Shown: positions 60,790-64,000 of the stretch, piece after piece | Numbering within the stretch: the first letter of the stretch is position 1 | How the letters are laid out: the number at the start of each line of letters is the position of its first letter | DNA from: Octopus sinensis | Taxonomy: Eukaryota | NCBI RefSeq assembly: GCF_006345805.1 | Contig: NC_043002.1 | Span: 94,674,001 to 94,738,000 of the forward strand | Reading direction: 5' to 3' | DNA length: 64,000 bases | Notes under the pieces: generated by a model | The model's database searches: none | What the model was told of the DNA's origin: nothing | The model's input: the letters and a program-made list of their open reading frames with translations, nothing else | Position numbers and translations under genes: made by a program

Positions 60790-61680
60790 GTTTTCATTAA
60801 CTTTTTCCTTAGGTGTCTGTAGTTGAGTGATGTTCAGTTTCATTGCCTTTTTAATTCCTTCATTAATTAATCCTAAGGGGTATTTCTGCATTGCCAGGAA
60901 GCTTTTGAGTTCGTTGAATCAGATTTCACGTATTTTGGGGGTCAGTCACTATAGCACAGATGCATCTTGCCGTGCTGTATGGGATGTTTCTTTTGATGTG
61001 TGATGGATGGCAAGAGTAGAAATTTAAATATTGGTGTGAGTCAGTTTTTTTGTAAAATATGTCTGTTGTGACTGTGGAGTTCTGTATTTTTATGTGGATA
61101 TCCAGGAATGGTAATTCATTGCAACTGGATTCTGTCGTGAATTTGATGGCTGGGTGAAGTGTGTTCAGTATATTGTTAAATATACTTAGATCTTCATTCG
61201 ATCTGTCCCAGAAGATGAAGCAATCATCAAGGAAGCGTTTCCACTTTTTAATGATATATTTCTTGTATTCCTGATTAAAAGTATTTTCTACTTCCTCATA
61301 AACTTTTTCTTCCGAATATCCGATAACTAAGCTTGTATATGAGGGCACAAACTGTGTCCCCATAGCCGTACCCTTTATCTGTCGATATGTTTTATTGTCA
61401 ACTCTAAAGGTATTTTCTTCTAGTGCTAGGCATATGGCCTTGGTGATGAAGTCAGTCTCATAGCGTTCATTTATCTGTCCTCTATGTTTCTCTAACCAGT
61501 GTTTGATTGCTTCTGAGCCTAAAGTGTGAGGTATATTAGTATAGAGATTGGTGACATCAAAACTTGTAAGTATAGTACCTTCTGCAACAGTTTTGGGATC
61601 ACCACTACTTTATTATCTCCCCTTCTTCTTAGCTCTCCTGTGTGACCCCTGTGTCCAGCATTCACCATGATAGATTGCTA
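60790..61680 (-). pseudogene. Penelope-like element reverse transcriptase fragment
   Basis: FDVTNLYTNIP, QIKGTAMGT, RFLDDCF, HPAIKFTTE, LPFLD and YLNFYSCHP; this spacing is characteristic of PLE RTs. Confidence 0.92.
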
Positions 61681-61684
61681 GCCA

Positions 61685-61830
61685 CTAAACCGTTTTTCTC
61701 TCCCTGTTTATTTCTGTGTTCCTTTCTGTTGAAGAGCACAGGCTCAAAACAAAAGACTTTCTCACTTTCCAAGCATTAAACATCTGTTTGTTGTTTACAC
61801 ACCCGTTTTCATCTTTTGTTTTTTTTTCTC
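61685..61830 (+). repeat. Probable inverted Penelope pseudo-LTR with a degenerate hammerhead-like motif
   Basis: CTTT CTGTTGA A GAGC ACAG GCTC AAAAC AAAAG (61722-61755) abuts the RT 5' truncation in opposite orientation. Confidence 0.45.
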
Positions 61831-62520
61831 ACTATATATATATGTATGCATGTATGTATGTATGTATGTATGTATGTATGTATGTATGTATGTATGTATG
61901 CATAGAGACAACAGATGAGATCCAAAGATGTTCATTATAGAAAACATTTAGTTGTGTTCAAATGATTTGAACTTACACTCTGAAATTTTTGCCAGGGACC
62001 AAGTCCACAATGTAAAGAGGTACTATAAAAGGAACCCAGATGAGAAGATCTGGAGACAATGATGTAAATAAACAAATAAAACTGCTTGGGTTAGATATAT
62101 AAGATATATATACATGTATACAAGTAAATATAGAGAAAGCTGAGACTGAAAATATTCAGATGGTGAATATTCGAGTATAAATATATAGATATTTATATAT
62201 TAACAGAGCAAACTGACACAGAGTACAAAGACAAAGAAAATTAAAAGGGAGAATGTATGGTGTTACCAGCCTGACAGCAGTTTTAGGAGTCTCCAAGTTA
62301 CTTCATAATGTTGGCAGATGTAGTTTTCAAAAATATGCTACTAGTAATGAAAGCAAATAAATGTTGGGTGGACTCACCTTCTTTAGGCTGGATATATGTG
62401 GGTGTGTGTGTGTGTGTGTACATGCATGTATTTGTATGTGTTTATGTACAGATATATACATATATATATAGATACATACATGCACGCACAAACACACACA
62501 CATATATATATGTATATATA

Positions 62521-62920
62521 TCTTTATATATAAAAGTCAAGTTGTGTGTCTGTCTCCTACGATTTAGATTCCTAACTACTCCCACATTTTGCGGTGCAGT
62601 TTAACCAAAACCGGGTATCTTATAGACGTGATCCATATCGAGTCCTTCTGGGTATTAGCGCGCGTCTACGATGAGTCTACGATTTAAAAAAAAAATTTAC
62701 CATCCTTTTTTCCCATTTTAATGCATTTTTTCGCTATTATATAAAGGAAGTAACTCTCTAAAAATGTCTACGATGTGTCAACGATTTTAAAAAAAATTTA
62801 CCATAATTTTTTTTCCATTTTTAATGCATTTTTTTTGCTATTTTTTGGCTATAACTCTCTAAAAATGCTTATATAGTTATTTCCCTTACAAACACGAGCA
62901 ACGCCGGGCGATACTGCTAG
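62521..62920 (+). mobile_element. Non-autonomous Helitron (400 bp) with internal ~100-bp tandem duplication
   Basis: A|TCTTTATATATAAAA start, CACGAGCAACGCCGGG hairpin, CTAG|T end; the GTCTACGATG..AACTCTCTAAAAAT unit occurs twice. Confidence 0.9.
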
Positions 62921-64000
62921 TATATATATATGAATGTAGGTATACATATATACATAAATGCTGAATGACAAGAATGAGTGCTAAACACCACATTGATGGA
63001 TAGAATTTCTTTATTTGTGTATTAAGGCTGTGTGTCTGTGCACGTGTGTGTGTGTGTGTGTGTGATTTATTTCTCTGCCTCAATAACACATTAAATAATG
63101 AGGCTTAAATGCTTGACTACCAAACCACATGCCCGTGAATTGAAACCTTACTTTTGATATTAATGCATGTTCACAAGTCAATAAATTCATCTCTGTTGTA
63201 CAAAGAAAACACTTGCTCAAGGTGCCATGCAAGCAGTGGGAACCAACCCCCAACCACGTGGTTGTGAAATATAGTTGTAAACTACAGATAACTAAGTCTA
63301 ACTAGGTCTGCAATAACAATTAGTGCAGTGCTGTACAGTACAACAATTTCGTATTTCTATCAAAAATCTCAACATCATTGTTTCGCTTAACATGTATTGA
63401 ATACAACAGTAAAAAAAAAAATAATAAATAAACAAATAAACAAATAAATAAAGCTATTATATATCATTAATATTTAACCATGGAGAAATTGTTTTACTTT
63501 TTTTTTAACATTTCTTGGAAGTTAATATTATCTTGGAAACCGCAACAAATGAATTTCATGGCTAAAAGCAATCTTCACACATTTACGAGTATTTCTATTT
63601 ATCCATAGCATCATAAATGCTTGCAAAATGATCTTCCATGGATGTTATTAGATGTAACAGGTATTTTTAGTGAAGAGATATTGAAAGTGACGGGGGAGAG
63701 AGGTGAACAGTTTTCTGTCTACACGTCTTCACAAATGGAGCGATATATTTCTCATTGATATCTGACTATTCTTCATTTCGAGTGAAAGGAAAATAAAGGT
63801 ATTTTTAGGTTGTCTTTCTACTGCAAATTACTTTCTGGAAATCTAGGAAGTAACGACATCAGTGCTTTGGTTTGGTTATACAAAAAGACAATTGGAATAG
63901 TATAAATAAGTGTATGCATACACACAAACATACACTTATTCACATGTACACATATGCCCACACACACACACCACACACACACACACACAAGTATGTGAAC

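Noticed and set aside
174-63089. Many tracked ORFs rich in YI, CV, F, KE or LL (e.g. 174-515, 14139-14360, 19253-19778, 24018-24329, 29449-30075, 58218-58736)
   Set aside because: They are translations of microsatellites or antisense frames of transposon ORFs, not genes.
63609-63660. Candidate host exon after a good acceptor TTTTATCCATAG (HHKCLQNDLPWMLLDVT)
   Set aside because: No recognisable protein similarity and no partner exons; such signals occur by chance. Needs RNA-seq.

Overview
Repeat-saturated, apparently non-coding animal DNA. It is most likely an octopus (coleoid cephalopod) intergenic or intronic segment; I infer this from recalled octopus tRNA-SINE families and the dense microsatellites, without any search. 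No host protein-coding gene is supportable. The window is a nested mosaic of mobile elements: (1) a young, intact Ty3/Gypsy LTR retrotransposon (44608-49138; 238-bp LTRs differing at 2 sites, GTACC TSD, one open ~1.3-kaa polyprotein); (2) a 5'-truncated open RTE LINE with three C-terminal zinc fingers; (3) decayed Tx1/L1-clade, R4/Dong-clade, CR1, CRE-like and Penelope-like retroelements; (4) six mariner copies or derivatives, a pogo/Tigger relic, three Helitrons and Merlin-like MITEs; (5) several SINE families and an LTR-like family with a conserved terminal hairpin; (6) an isolated, internally deleted 18S rRNA fragment. The most notable observation is a tRNA-headed SINE family (copies at about 13.5, 15.3 and 20.5 kb) whose 3' body contains a Penelope-type minimal hammerhead ribozyme motif. 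A degenerate hammerhead-like inverted terminal repeat also lies beside the Penelope RT at 61.7 kb. Many long inverted repeats could form dsRNA if transcribed. Coordinates given as round numbers for decayed elements are approximate.
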